Source of the DNA: the human T2T-CHM13v2.0 reference genome, Homo sapiens
Assembly (NCBI RefSeq): GCF_009914755.1
Contig: NC_060926.1
Direction: 5' to 3' (one strand)
DNA length: 64,000 nt
In this document: piece after piece, positions 49,109 to 64,000 of the stretch
How positions within the stretch are numbered: the stretch's first letter is position 1
Layout: every line of letters starts with the position of its first letter
Notes under the pieces: model-generated
The model's input: the letters and a program-made list of their open reading frames with translations, nothing else
What the model was told of the DNA's origin: nothing
Database searches by the model: none
Made by a program: the position numbers and the translations under genes

Positions 49109-49471
49109 CAGGCATACCCATTTTATTGTTTTACATCACTGTGCTTTGCAGATAGTGCATTTCTTACAAACGGAAGGTTTGTGCAACTCTGTGTCAGGCA
49201 AATCTACTGGCACCATTTTTTCAACAGCATGTGCTCACTTCATGTCTTTGTGTCAGCATGTTTTAGCAATAAAGTATTTCTTAAATTAAGGTATGTAGGG
49301 TTTTTTTAAAGATATAATTCTATTGCACCCTTAATAGACTAACAGTATAGTAGAAACATAACTTTTATAGGTACTAGGAAACCAAAAAATTTGTATGACT
49401 TGCTTTATGGGGTATTTATTGAAGTGTTCTGGAACCAAACCCACAGTCACATTATCTCTGAAGTATGCCTG
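49109..49471. mobile_element. Tigger-family MITE (Tigger3a-like)
   Basis: TIRs caggcatac / gtatgcctg with TA target duplications. Confidence 0.85.
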
Positions 49472-49689
49472 TAATCAGTGGCAAACTATATGAGTAGGCA
49501 TAGTTTGAAAATAGGATTTATATTTACACCATTTTCTACTATGATTAAGAAAAAGCACTTCCTTTCTCTGGATCAGCTGAGCATCTGTAATTCAGGCTTC
49601 TCTCACCATGCCTGCTAAAGGACCAGATCCCAACCTCAGGTCCTATTCACATCACACAACAAAGCACTAGCTACAAGCCGATGGTGACA

Positions 49690-51295
49690 ACCCAGTGGTC
49701 ATTAAATGACAATTTTGCTGCTGCCTTTGTCTGTCCTTTTCTCTATTCCTCTTCTTTTTCTAAGAGTAGGGCAACCCTGAAAAGGGGAGTAAGAGCACCA
49801 GCTTTGAATCTCAGGCATCAGGTAATATCACTCACTATCTATCTACCAACCCCTGCATTTCTCTTTGACTTTGGCTTCTGGCTCACTGTGGCTCTCTCTT
49901 CAATACCACTTCCTGTCATTCTTCTTAGGTATTTCAGTATGTACAATATACACACCAATCCTTCCAGTATCCTGACCTCTCAGTTCCTGGGACTCCTTTC
50001 CTCTTATGCTCTTGTCCTCCCTACCTCAGCTCATCACTCCATGGCCATATCCTGGACCTTGTCAGTACCAGACTGCAGCCCCTCCATACATTGTGTTTCA
50101 TTCATCTCACTGTGTGACCACCATCTCCTATCTTTCCAGTGTACCCATCTAGTGCCCCAATCCCACCAAGGATCTGAACATCCTTCTCCTGCTCCTTACC
50201 CTCCTAATATCCTCAATCTCTTTTTAGCCACCTAAACTCCATGATCAATTATTATACACCATTCCCTGGCACATACCCTTGACTCCTTTGTACCCCTCTT
50301 GCTTTGTCATGCTCACTTGCAAAATCCAACTCTCCAGCATTCTACTCCTGCATTTGCATCACCAGTGTGCTAGAGAAGTGCACACTGGTCTCACTTCAAA
50401 TCCATGACTGTGAACTTAAGAGAGGGACATGAAAGTTGCAGTCATTCATACCACATATTACTATTCATTCATTCTTCCACCCTCTGCAACAAAGGATTTC
50501 ACAACTTCTTCCTCAATACTCAACACCTTCTCCCCATCCTCTTCTCCACTGTTGATCCTTCCTACTTCACTGAAAATGGAAGAAATCAGAAGTGAATGTC
50601 CACCAGCTCCTATCTGCAAAGCCACCTACCTGTCAGCACCTGCAGGCACATGCTCTGCTTCCTGCCTGTGGGGAGGAAATTTCTTCCACAGAGGAAATTT
50701 ACAGGCTCCATAAAGGTAAGTCCCGACTTGGGCACGGGATCCTATCCACATTTGCCTACTCAAGGACATCCCAGCAGCAGTTCTTCCCTCTCTACGAGAT
50801 TATTTCTCTCAGCATACAACATTTAAAAAAGAAGAAACAACCTTCTGTGGACTCCACTTTTCCCTCCAACTACCACCCATTTCTTTGCTTCTTGTTGCAA
50901 TAAAATTCCTTTAAAAAGCTGCCTGTGCCTGCAGTCTCTAGTTCCTCTCCTTCCATTCTCCCTTTAATCCACTTCAATCAGGATTTCATTCCTAAAAGGC
51001 CACCCTGACAAGGTCACTGGTGCTTCCATGTTGCTAACTCAAATGCCCAATTAATTCTCAGTCATCTTATTTGACCTGTCAACAGCACTTGGCATTGCTG
51101 ATTATTCCCTTCTCCTTATTATACTTCTCCCTAGGGCTTCCAGGACATCTTCATTGTCCCTCCTTTTATTTCTCCTCTGCTTGCTTCTTCCTTCTCCCTG
51201 AACTCTTAATATAAGACTGACCCAGGCTTAGCCATTGGTCCTCTTCTCTTCTCCATCTAAACTCACTCAGTTTCATGGCTTTAGGCACCATCTAT
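49690..51295 (+). mobile_element. Long L2 ORF2 fragment including an endonuclease-like region
   Basis: C/T-rich L2 sense sequence; translation PVILL..F..YNIH.NPSS.LTSQFL.LLSS resembles the L2 APE domain. Confidence 0.6.
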
Positions 51296-51494
51296 ATAAA
51301 TATGCATCGCTAATTACTTTGCAAAAAAAGACACAGGAAAGATATACCAGAAACTACTTAAACTGATTGTCTACAAGGGTTGGATAGGAATTAATAGAGG
51401 GAGGAGGGAAAGTGACACTTATCTGAAAATACCTTTGTATAGAGTTTTAACTTTTAAGCCATATTAATGTTGTAGATACTTATAAATAATGATA

Positions 51495-51700
51495 ATAACA
51501 CAAACATAAAGATGGAAACAACAGACAACTGGGGACTTCAGAAGGTGGTTGGGAGAGGGGCAAGGGTTGAAAATCTACTGATTGGGTACTATGGTCACTA
51601 GTTGGGGGATGGGTTCAGTAGAGCCCAAACCCCAGCATTACACAATATATCCATGTGACAAACCTGCACATGTACCCCCAAATCTAAAAAATTAAAAATT
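51495..51700 (+). mobile_element. L1PB4/L1PA16-like 3' end
   Basis: ggggcaagggttgaaaa...attgggtactatg...aaacctgcacatgtacccc...ctaaaaa. Confidence 0.75.
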
Positions 51701-51783
51701 AAGAAGGTTTTTTTTAAAAAAACAAAATCTCACTTAAAAAACCCACTATGATCTTTTCTGAGAATAAAAAGGTAAACAAAACT

Positions 51784-52409
51784 TGTAAACCAAAAATAAA
51801 ATTCTAACACCCCCGACCCCGCCAACTATCTGAATGAAACCCTGTTCTCGGCCAGGGCACTCCAAAGTTAACCTGAAAAATTGGTTCAGGCTATGCCAGG
51901 AAGCAGGGGTTGGACATGCCCCATTATGCCCTCCTCCCTTTTGGAATTCAGGAAAAACCAACCAGCATTTAATATCAATACAGACCTTAAGTCTGATAAG
52001 AAGCATTTATAATCTATTCTCTCTAAAGCCTGCTACCTGGAGGCTTCATCTCCATGATAAAACTTTGGTCTCCGCAATTACTTATGATAACCCAGACATT
52101 CCTTTCTATTGATAATAACTCTTTCAACCAATTGCCAATCAGAAAATTTAAAAATCTACCTATAACCTGGAACACTGCACCCCTCTCTGCTTCAAGTTGT
52201 CCCGCCTTTCTGGACCTAACTAATGTATACCTTAAATGTATTTGATTAATGTCTCATGTCTCCCTAAAATATGTAAAACCAAGCTGTGCCCTGACCACCT
52301 TGGGCACATGTTCTCAGAATCTGAGGGATGTGTCACAGGCCATTGGTCACTCATATTTGGCTCAGAATAAATCTCTTCAAATATTTTATAGAGTGGCTTT
52401 TTGTCAACA
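51784..52409 (+). mobile_element. ERV1 solo LTR, MER4 family (MER4B-like)
   Basis: TG...CA ends, tgtaaaccaaaaataaaattctaa start, AATAAA near the 3' end, perfect 4-bp TSD aact. Confidence 0.88.
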
Positions 52410-52419
52410 AACTAAAAAA

Positions 52420-53815
<1,396 letters not shown>

Positions 53816-53819
53816 TGTT

Positions 53820-54175
53820 CCAGCTATTCTCTCAGCCTAGAACACCCTTCCCCCCAGTACCTTGTTGGTTAACTCACTCCACTGAAATCTTCCTCAAATG
53901 TTACCTTCTCAACGAGAACTACCCTGGCCAATTTGCTCCCACTTCTCTCATCCCACTGATATTACTCTACATTTTCTTTTTTCATAGTACTTACTAGTTT
54001 TACCATTTTCATCCCTATTTTATTTATTGTTTACTATTCCCCACCCTAGATAATGTAAATATCCACAATGGCAGGGATCTATTTTGTTCACTGATGTATC
54101 CTAGGAGCCTAGAAATAGTTCCTGGTACTTATAAGGTAGGTACTCAATAAGTATTTGTTAAATGCTGAATGAAGG
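53820..54175 (+). mobile_element. L2 3' end
   Basis: ggcagggatctattttgttcactgatgtatcc...ctcaataagtatttgttaaatgctgaatgaa. Confidence 0.75.
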
Positions 54176-54579
54176 AAAGTACTAGGCAATTAAGAGCAAC
54201 TGCTATCTTGGCCATATTTGGGATAAGTGGTTATTCCAGAATTTCTATTTGGAGGGGCTTTGGATAGCAATTGTGGAAAGTAGGAGGAACATGTTGTCTT
54301 AAGACTGCCTGAACAGCAGGCATGCTGTATACATTTAGATAGTATATTCATTGGGAGTGGCTTGGGAGGGGCTGAGGGAGAATATGAAGGAGTTAGTGTC
54401 CTCTTCTCACACTGCTCACCCATTGAACCACTGTGTGTGATCCTCAAGTCAGCTTTCATAGTGATACACAGATCTGTGTCATACCAAAAATACTTTCTAT
54501 TCCTGAAGTGGTACATTTCCTGTCCCCAGGACATGGTAATTCTCTGTCCCTAAGACATGAGTTAAAAGTAGGCCCTTAC

Positions 54580-54695
54580 CTGCATAGTTGACCATATGTA
54601 TTTCCACTCCACTTGGGAATTTTGATTGTAGCAGTAACAGTCTGACTCAGACGTTCTAATTAAATCTTTTTCCTTCAAAGCTTTACACCTACGAA
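54580..54695 (-). CDS. NEMP2: NEMP2 exon 2 (116 nt)
   Basis: tctctcag|TT CGT AGG...ATG CAG|gtaagg; VRRCKALKEKDLIRTSESDCYCYNQNSQVEWKYIWSTMQ. Confidence 0.95.
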
Positions 54696-55287
54696 CTGAG
54701 AGATGGAAAAGGGAATACATTTTCTAACTGTTTAATTGCCCAGAATCTTTTTTAAAAAAAGTTTGCAGGGAGGTAACAGTAGCAGTTTTAACGTTCTATG
54801 GCCAATAAATTCTCCTATATGATAATTATAGTCCTTCAGTGTTTCCAACCAAGGAGGAGACAGATAGAAAATACGATAGCCCAAGTGTCAATATTTATGA
54901 CATTGGAGGGCACTATAAGAGCACAGAGAACAAGTACTTCTTCAATTCTGAAGCAGAAGGCAGAATTATGGGCACCTTCTCAGAAAAGACAAAAATATGA
55001 GTAAAGGGCTGAAGGGCAAGGTAGAGGCAATAAGACAGAAACTAGGAGGTGGGAGTGGGGGTGGGCAGAACCAGCAAGTATGTACAGAATCATGAAAATG
55101 AGATAAATTATGGAATTAATTCAGTTTAGAGATATTGGATTCTTATATTGGTAAGGGAGCATGGATGGAAGGTATAGGGATACAAGAAGACATTTGAACA
55201 CCTGTAGCTGGAGTGGTAAACCATAGCTACTACTATACCATGTGGACTCCATCTTGAAAGCAGAGCATTGGAGGATTTTAGGTAAGT

Positions 55288-55730
55288 ATCAGTCTCAGCA
55301 AGAAACTATTGACACTCAAAAGGATTTAACTGAAAATAGTTCAGTAAAGATATGGACAGGGTTAAGGCACTAACAATAAGGCACTAACAATAAGGCACTA
55401 TGAAGTTCCTAGGCACCAACAAGAGCAGGAAGCTTTTAGCAGCCCAAGTCCCAAAATGGCAAGGAGGATCCCATGTTACTGGAGTCATTGGAACTGGGAA
55501 GACAGTAGTCTAAAGGAATGCAGTCACTGCCAGGACTCCCGTGGAATGCAGGGTGAAGGTATGGGTACCTCAACCTGTCTCTCCTGCTGTCCCCTCAGTG
55601 CCCTGAATCAGCCAAACCCAACAGGAAGACAGAGGGCAATGAAGCCCATATAATGCAGTCCACAGAGGTTAGCTTCCAGGCACTAAGCGGGGAAGAGAAG
55701 GGCTGAGAATAGATCTACACCAACAAACAG
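55288..55730. mobile_element. Degraded MaLR-type LTR with a short internal tandem repeat (taaggcactaacaa x2.5)
   Basis: Weak MLT1-like resemblance; the repeat at about 55363-55400 is directly visible. Confidence 0.35.
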
Positions 55731-56962
55731 GGAATACCAGCTCAATAAGGAAGTGACAGAAACACATTTGTATTTTAGAAAGAATATTCTGTAAGTAGTG
55801 TGCAATATTAAAGAACAAAACTGAAAGCAGAAGAACCACTAAGGAGGCCACTGAAGCAATCTAAACAAGAAATGGACTAAGAGAGGCGGGAGAAATAACA
55901 GATTAGGAAATTAAATCAGCAGGCTTTACAGATTCATTTTATCAAGGAAAACAAGAAGATGATGTAAAGGTTTCTGATAAGCGGAGAGATAGTGAGGCCC
56001 TTTACTCAGATAAGAAATACTAGAAAAAAAGCAAGTTTGTACAGGGAAGTGGGGGTGAGTTCAATTTCGGATATACTGAGTTTTCATTGGTGGGATTCTG
56101 TGAAGATGGACAGATCTTCACATCTCCAGCAAGGAGAAATTTGGCTGGAGACAGATGTAGATACCTAAATATATATGTATGCTATATATAATGTATAATA
56201 CAACTCAACATAACTGAGAGAAAGAGAGATATATATTAACCCTCTGTGTTACAGAGGGCTAATGTAAAATGCCACAAGAAAACTAGAAAGTAATGATGTT
56301 CATTTTCTTCTGTGGTCGTTGCTGTATTTGGATTTGAAATGAAGTGGAATGAAAGTCGTAAGTTCTTCCGGATTCAAGATAGAGTGTCACCTCCACATCT
56401 GTTCTTTAGGAAACAGGAACAAGGAACACTTATGGGTACACAAAGAAATGGGCTTTACATCCAACCCCTGACTCCTTTAAGGAAAGTGTGGTCAGTTGTT
56501 CCTCCTGAAAAACCTGAAATGAAGCTAGAACAACTTGCTACACCAAAGTTGGGGAAGGACTGAGTAAACAGTAACTACTAGTAAACAATCACATCCATGT
56601 AGGGAATAATACTGAATATGCTCACACAAGGCCCTGGTCCTGGCCTGAAATATCCTTAGCATTAAGTTGGAGAAAAGTGAAGACAGACTTGGGGAAAGGA
56701 TCCTGGGAATGCTCGCCATCTCCCAGAACACAACTCCATAAAAGGGAGGGTTTTCCGGTGGCCACACGAAGCAGCAAAATTACACAAGGACCCAACGTAT
56801 TCAACTGTGACAGTCAAATCAGTCATCTTTACTCTTCACATTATGATAAAATGCATATGTTTCTAAATATATCAAGAAATTTGCAGAGTTTGAGAGTCCA
56901 AGATGCAAATACAAGAATCCAGGTGAAAAGCCAGTAAAAACCACAAGAAGGAACCTCTAGAG

Positions 56963-57306
56963 CAAAGGTCCCCAACCCTGGGGCCAAGGACCAATACCAG
57001 TCCATGGTCTGTTAGGAACAGGGCTGCAGGAGGTGAGCGGTGCGCGAGGCGAGTGATCATTACCACCTGAGCTCCACCTCCTGTCAGATCAGCAGTGGCA
57101 TTAGATTATCATAGGAGCGTGAACCTTACTGTGAACTGAGCAACCTAGGGATCTAGGTTGCATGCTTGTTATGATAATCTAACTAATGCCTGATGATCTG
57201 AGGTGGAACAGTTTCATCCCAAAACCACCCCAACCCCACTCCTATCCTGTGGAAAAACTGTCTTCCATGAAACTGGTCCCTGTTGCTAAAAGGTTGAAGA
57301 CTGCTG
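56963..57306. mobile_element. MER1B hAT-Charlie MITE
   Basis: ggtccccaacc...gagctccacctcctgtcagatcagcagtggcattagatt...aaaaggttgaagactgctg; 8-bp TSD ctctagag/ttctacag. Confidence 0.88.
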
Positions 57307-58376
57307 TTCTACAGGCTCTCTGTTAAATACAGGATACTAAAAATGAAAAACATGCTCCTGCATGGTGTGTCCATGCACAAGAGCCAAAAGAAGAATTCAC
57401 AACCAGGGCTATGAATACACAAAGCAACCAATGCTGAGGCACATTTTTGAATATATCTGAGATGCAAATGACTTCTGGCCAAGGGCAGCATAGGGGGAAG
57501 TGCAGTCCCAGGGATATCAAAGGGCTGGCAGCTACCTATAGAAAAGAAGAATGTCAAGGAATGTAGTATATAACCTGGAAGATCCTGAGCAACTGCAATG
57601 AGAAGACATGAGAACACATTAAATGCTCCCAGTTAGTAAGCAGCAGAGGTGTGGGGATCAGATCTCTGGATTCACCTTGTCATGTTCTGCCTTTGCACAG
57701 CCTCCTCGGGGGGGTCTCTAAGCATGGCTAGAGTTAATAACTTTATACTGGGAGTCCTCAAACAAAAGTGATTCCTACCTATCGTTGGAAAGGGAGTGCA
57801 TTCCAGCAGGGCAGGTGAAGAGCATGAAGTCTCAGGTACACGGACCCAGCAGCCCAAACTATGATAATAATGTTTACTTCCAGACAGGTCTTTCTTCACC
57901 ACCCATGTGCTCAATGCTAGATGGGCTTTTCTTGTGGGTGCCTCCAAAGGTCCCTCACTGCAATTCTTCTAGTGAGTGCTGCTACTTCAAGGGCTAAATC
58001 AACTCTCATAGAACAGTTCCCTTTTGTTAATGGTCTCAGGAAATAACCTTTTGGTGGGGCCTGAGTTTTGCAATCAAATGCTCTCTTCAAATAAGGTTCT
58101 TTCCACTTGATCCTAAGACTGTCTCCTAAATCATTCCAAACCTGGAGCTCTTAAGAGCAAGATGATGCAATTTAAGTATAGTGTATACTGCAGTTTCAAC
58201 ATAGGAATAAATGCTTCTCTCTTACCCAAGCCACATTCCTCTTGCACTAGGATGATGTAATAGCCTTCTATCTGGCTGGTCTCCCTGCTTCCAGAATTGC
58301 TGCCCCCCAACTACCATGTTTTCCCCTACAACACACTTTTCAATTAGCAAATAGATCTTTTTAAAAACATGAATTG

Positions 58377-58518
58377 GACCCGGGTACAATGGCTCATGCC
58401 TGTAATTTCGCTTGAACCTGGGAGGCGAGGTTGCAGTGAGCTGAGATCACACCACTGCACTCCAGCCTGGGCGACAGAGTGAGACTCTGTCTCAAAACAA
58501 AAACAAACACAAACAAAC
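58377..58518 (+). mobile_element. Internally deleted AluS within an L2 fragment (about 58230-58960)
   Basis: Left-arm start fused to right-arm end; TSD aaaaacatgaat on both sides. Confidence 0.85.
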
Positions 58519-60101
58519 AAAAACATGAATGGGAACCCATCATTTACCTGCTTAAAACCCTCCAATGGTTTCCTTTTACACCATTAATAAAATCCCCCTC
58601 CCTTCCAGGGACCTGAGTGCCTCTATGACCTTCCCTCCTCCACCTTCCCTCCCAGCCCACTGCTCCAGCCACAGCTGGCCTTCCTGTCCTCAAGATGCCA
58701 GCGAGCCCCCACATAAAGTTTCCTCAGTCTGCTGCAACCTTCTTCTCCCAGATCTTGGCAGAGCTCATCCCTTCCAATCACTGATATACTCTATCAAACA
58801 CTCCCTTCTCAGAAAGGCCTTCTTTGACCCCACTGTCTAAACAAACACACCCCAACCACTTCCACCTGCTTTATTCTTTCTTCATATTACATATATATTT
58901 ATTAGCTTATACTCTGTCTCTCCATGAAGTCAGGGACATTGCATGTTTATCACTGTAACCCCCAGAACTTAAATATTTATCTTTTGTGTGTAGCTTGTGG
59001 TTCAAGAGGACTAGTGGGTTATTTAGGCATGTGTGGCCTACCAATGGAAGTCCAGCCAATCTTTGTAAGAGCCTGGCCAGGAATAGTCAGCACCGTAAAA
59101 GAAGGTGCACTCTGGCCCTCCCTTGAAACCACCTGATGTAGTAGGATGCCCTTGCCAGCCTGTGCCACTGCCACCCCATTTACAGAACTGACAAAGCATG
59201 AGGGCCAGTCTGGAAGCCACAGGCTGCACTTCCCCCTTGCCCTACCGCATGGCCAATACATCCATAGCTAGAGGGTTGAGTACTGTAACCCTTAACATCC
59301 TCTGGGCTGGGGATCATCTTCTTGCCCCTCACTGGATAGAGGAGGTCAGAAAGAATAGGTGGCATTAAGCTTCTTTTGTTTGACTCATATATGATACATC
59401 AGTGTATTCTGGGTAAGGGATCTGCCAGTTAGAGGAAAAGAACTTGTTCTGCATTTCCCCTCAGTCTTCAACCAGATTAAGGACAGCATAGAAGGAAGGA
59501 GGTTGTCCTGACTGTTCATGCCTATAGACACGCTAGTAAAAGCATGTTGCAGTGTTTTCCCTCGAATTCTCCAGAGTGGCCTCTGGCTTTTGAGGTGAAG
59601 CTGATGTGGAATTTACACAATCCATGAGATTCCACAAAGTGTCAGTGCTTCATGGTGTCCTCTGGCTGCCCTTTTTTCTTATCACCTCTCTCCCGAGGTG
59701 AATGAGTCTCAAACAACCCACACAGGAATTCCTAAATATCTAAGGGACCATAAATTCAGCCATAAGAAGCCACAAGCCTAGCTTCAAGTCAGTTCATTAA
59801 GCCACGGGCTATTTGGACTAGGCAAAAGACAGTGATTGTCACAAGACTGTTATCACAGCTGGCCCACTGTTCTCTCTAGAGAGAACAGATCTTCCAATCT
59901 TAGATTGATTATAAAGGCTGTATCTTTCTTAGGTCTCTCCTCCCTTTAGCAATCTTCTTCTAGAGCCATTTCACTGCTCGGTTTCAATCATGTCCAATGG
60001 AAACAGGAAACAGAGCCAGTTTGACTGCTTATTTGAACTCTATGGCTGATTATGCCCTGACACTGAAGGCTATGAAGCTGCCTGCATGTCTGCGGGTTTC
60101 A

Positions 60102-60386
<285 letters not shown>

Positions 60387-62679
60387 AAAACAACAACAAT
60401 CCCCTTACAATGCAATCCAGGAAATGAAACAGAATTTCTAGGAATTTTTAAAAATCTAACAATAATCATTCATTTGGTCAAAAGGGAACAATACCTGCCT
60501 AGGGAAAGCTACTGCTTCTACTTGAGGCTGAGGTATTTAATATGTCCGTACCCTGGAAGGTGCTCCATAACCTAGGTAATCACTTCCTCAAGCCTGAATC
60601 AGATCGGGAGAAAGATCTGGAAGTGTAGGCTATCCCAGGTTTGCCTCAACCCTCAAGGACTGAGGAGTATCTGTGGGATCAACCCTGAATGCCATCCTTA
60701 CTATGGAAAGACAGGTTTCTAAGCCTGGAAGGGCATCATTTTCCTTAACTTCTTGCAATCCTCAGCAGGCTCTTTGATACTTTCAATTAACCTGACTTCT
60801 AGAGAACAGTATATTTCTGGATAGTTGTGCCCAAATTTCTAAGATGCTACAGGAGGCATTAATTATTTACATTACCAAAGGATTCAGAAAGTCAGGGTTC
60901 CCTTAACCAATGAGATAGATTCCTTAGTTCATTTTAAATACCACTCAATTTATGAATATTCAATTAATCTAATTTTAGAATTACATATCTAGTATAAAAA
61001 AGGGACAGCTACATATCACCTAATTATAAGCTCAATTATCTCCTTTGTAGTACTTTTGTCATTTATTAGTTTTCCTAAATGTAAGTATATGTTTAAGTTA
61101 AAGAGTTGAGTCATATATACGGAAAAAAAAACCTCAGTCAAAACATCAGAAAAGAGCAGGCAGTACTTAAACCTACTTACAGAATATGCTAAAAATAAAA
61201 AGCACAAACACCTCAAATCTTAGCAGAACCTAACTCCCAACACAAAAATATCTCACCAATGTTCCTCCTGAAAACTGACATGGCCCTCATATGGGGAAAA
61301 AAAAATATCTTCAGATGAAACTAGAATGGAATCATAATATAAACACTTATTAAATTATATGACAAATTTCCCCATTTTCCCTATAACTGTTTTTCTTTGG
61401 GGACAAGGAAGGGGAGGGAGAAGAGTAGGAAACACAAAAAGCAAAAAACCAACAAGTCTTAACTTGTGAGAAGTCAAATGGACTCAGGATTTTTCTTACT
61501 ATTTGTTTTTTGTAAATACACATTTTCAAAGGTGTTAACGTGAGGCACCAAAGTGATAAAGGTAACTATTCTCTTAACCTCAGTTTTTTTTAACCTGAAT
61601 ATTCATCTTTTTCTTTCTCCAAGAATATGAGAATGAAACTGGAATTAGTATATACTCATGCACACTCAGGTCTTTAACTTCAAGTTCAAATCTTCACAGA
61701 TGAATCTTAAAGCTGTGGTGTCAAATGGACTGTTATAGTTTAAGCCTGGAAAGCCACTGACAGGGCCTGAACTTCATCTCAGGACAACACATGGTTTCTA
61801 GGGACCTCACTAACTGGGTGAAAATTATGGGAAACTCTTGAAGTTTCTCCTCTCAGTCAGACAACTACCTGCTCCTCCTGTGTCAACTGTCTCTGACTTT
61901 CCTCCAAATAGAGTGACAGAAAGCTGGGGTTGGTCTGAATGTTCTCCATTCCATTGAAGTGTGTGTTATTCAAGACAAAATTTTAGAACAGGAAGGCACC
62001 TTAGGTATCACTAATCCAAGCCCCTCGCTTAAAGGAAGTACCAGCTGTTTCCTCTCAGGGTCCTCAAGAAACCATAGACTTTTAAAGAGCAGCTATGGTT
62101 CTTAAGCCTAGTCTAATCCAGGGCTGCCAACAGTGTCACTGGCACACTACCAGATGCTGGGCGCTTCACAGTCCGTATTGGAAAGCCTACCGGAATGGCA
62201 GGCATCCCTCTAAGGCTACAAAAGTTGCCATTCTTCTTAGCTGTGGACTAGTTTTATCAAGTCAGTGGGCATCCTGCATGTCTCAGGCAGAACAGAAGCT
62301 CCAATAAGTATTTATGTGTGTCTTTGATTAACAAAGCAGAGAAGCAGGCTGTTACTATTATACTAAATGCGGTAACATAAAAACTTTAAAAACACCAGGT
62401 TCACTGAGGTGAGGAAAATACTGGAAACTCTTCAGTAAAAACATCTTCATTTTACTCAAGAGAAAACTACGGTCCATAAAGACTCTGTGCCTGGACCAAG
62501 GTTATACCACAAGTTGTGGCTGAAGGAATGAGTGGTCTAGAACCCAAGGTGCTGGGTGCTGGTCTAAGGCTACTTCTAATTTTCTCGCTGTTGCCATGCC
62601 CAGAAACCTTCCTGCTTAGACAGATTTGTGTTTTATTTTTTCACCAGCATAAAATTGTTGTATTTCTTACTACCAAACC

Positions 62680-62810
62680 TTCGTTTTCTCATCTGTAAAA
62701 TGGGTATAAAATGGTGCTTTCCCGCATAGGGCTTCTATGGGTATTAAATATGATAGATACTGCAGTTAAAGCACTTATAACACTGCCTAGCACATACTGA
62801 ACACTCAAAA
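62680..62810 (+). mobile_element. MIR
   Basis: ttttctcatctgtaaaatggg...aaagcacttataacactgcctagcacata. Confidence 0.7.
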
Positions 62811-63599
62811 AATTTCTCTTCAATGAAAACTGGAATCCAACACTTCCCCAACATATAACTCACTGCAAGATTCCCTCAGTTGGGAGCTGTGGCAGAATCT
62901 GATAATGACCTCATCAACATCCAGTCTCTCATTCATCCTTAGATAAAAAACCGCGGTATAACCGGAGGGAGGGCCATGCCCAGCTAAAAGAATACACTTG
63001 GCAGCCTCCCTTGAAACCAGGGTAGCCAAAGCAAGGAAGGGAAGTTGGTAGACAGTGCACCCAGGAAATCTTTTAAAAGATTTTATGAGGGGAAAAAAAA
63101 AAAAGAAACAGAAATGTGAAGCTCATGGTAAGTTAGCGGCAGGTCTGGAGTTGGAACTCTAGGTTTCTGACTTCCCCAGGTGTCCTTCCCAGATCCTTCC
63201 CCAGTGTGCCAGCATCTTAAGCCCACTCCGTGGCGAGCCCCTACAGCTAGCAGCCGCTACCAGTTCTTGCTTCCTGTGTGCCAGGCATTGTGCACACGAA
63301 CACCACAAGAACCTTGTGAGGCCTCATTACCTGCCGCTCACGTGGGACCGTTATGTTTACTCGCTCAAGGTCACAACAGCCAGTCAGGGGCAGAAGAATT
63401 TTCGCTCCGATTCTGAAGCTGAAGCTGTTACCTTCTCTAGTCTTGAGACCAAAGGAATGCGAGATAGTGAAATAACAAGGATTTCAACACGCATTGATGT
63501 ACTGTACAAAAGGCCGTGTGCTGAAAGTCTGGAGACTAGGGTCAGCTGTGCCAGTGACAAGCTGTGTGACCCTGGGCAAATCAAAACCTCTCTGAGTTT

Positions 63600-64000
63600 C
63601 GGTTGCTTCCGTAAAACGAGGGAATTGGGCGACTGGATCGCGCGGTTGCTTCTAATTCTAAAATTACAAAATGTCCAACTGCCAGGCGAGAGACTACGGA
63701 AGCCCAGTAAGACAGGAAGGGCGGGCGGGGCCTGCCCGGGAGACCCCAAAGCGAGAAAAGGGAGCGCCCGCCCCAGTGGGCCTCGCGGTGCCGCCCGAGC
63801 CAAAGAGCGCGCCCTCAGGGCAGCCGCGAAGCCGGGGAGCGAGCACGCACGCGCGCGCCGCCGCCGCCGGTCCCGGGTTACCTGATAACGCTGCCGCCGC
63901 CGCCTCCCCGCGCACGGGCAGTGTGGCCAGGGGCGGCAGCCAGAGCAGCAGCCACCACCGCCCTTGGCGCGGCCCCATTTCGTTAGGGGTCAGCTCCGTG
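63600..64000 (-). promoter_or_regulatory. NEMP2: CpG island at the NEMP2 5' end (exon 1/intron 1); continues beyond the window
   Basis: Very high GC and CpG density; GC box gggcgggcgggg at about 63719. Confidence 0.9.
63882..63978 (-). CDS. NEMP2: NEMP2 exon 1 coding part (97 nt; signal peptide)
   Basis: ATG GGG CCG...TCA G|gtaacc; MGPRQGRWWLLLWLPPLATLPVRGEAAAAALS; exon lengths sum to 1254 nt = 417 aa + stop. Confidence 0.95.

Noticed and set aside
49681-50235. 184-aa ATG-initiated ORF as a new gene
   Set aside because: Better explained as a decayed L2 endonuclease remnant; the catalytic GDFN-type motif is degenerate
63316-63885. 189-aa ORF antisense to NEMP2 intron 1/exon 1
   Set aside because: GTG start in MIR-like sequence running into a stop-poor CpG island
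63855-63902. GCC/poly-Ala tracts as a repeat-expansion locus
   Set aside because: Only about 4 pure units each and interrupted; ordinary for a CpG island

Overview
Human genomic DNA; an AluYb-lineage insertion supports human rather than another ape. I recognise it as the MFSD6/NEMP2 locus (chr2q32). The + strand carries the last four coding exons of MFSD6 (MFS transporter-like; reported enterovirus D68 receptor) and its 3' UTR. The - strand carries the complete 9-exon CDS of NEMP2/TMEM194B (1254 nt, 417 aa, all GT-AG introns, phases consistent), whose CpG-island start is at the window end. The genes converge at about 31.6-33.7 kb. Much of the remainder is transposon-derived: two near-full-length inactive L1s in sense orientation in MFSD6 introns (L1PA4/5-like, L1PB1-like), about 15 Alus, a MER4-family solo LTR, MaLR LTRs, L2/MIR remnants and DNA-transposon MITEs. 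I see no evidence of a wholly new biological system. The most unusual signals are: a 138-bp self-templated insertion with a fold-back junction inside the L1PB; an apparently spliced L1PB 5'UTR; three inverted-Alu pairs that each bracket a frame-symmetric, stop-free exon block (candidate circRNAs); a miR-101 8mer cluster among alternative poly(A) signals of MFSD6; and candidate alternative MFSD6 3' ends. Repeat subfamily calls are from remembered consensus sequences, not alignments.
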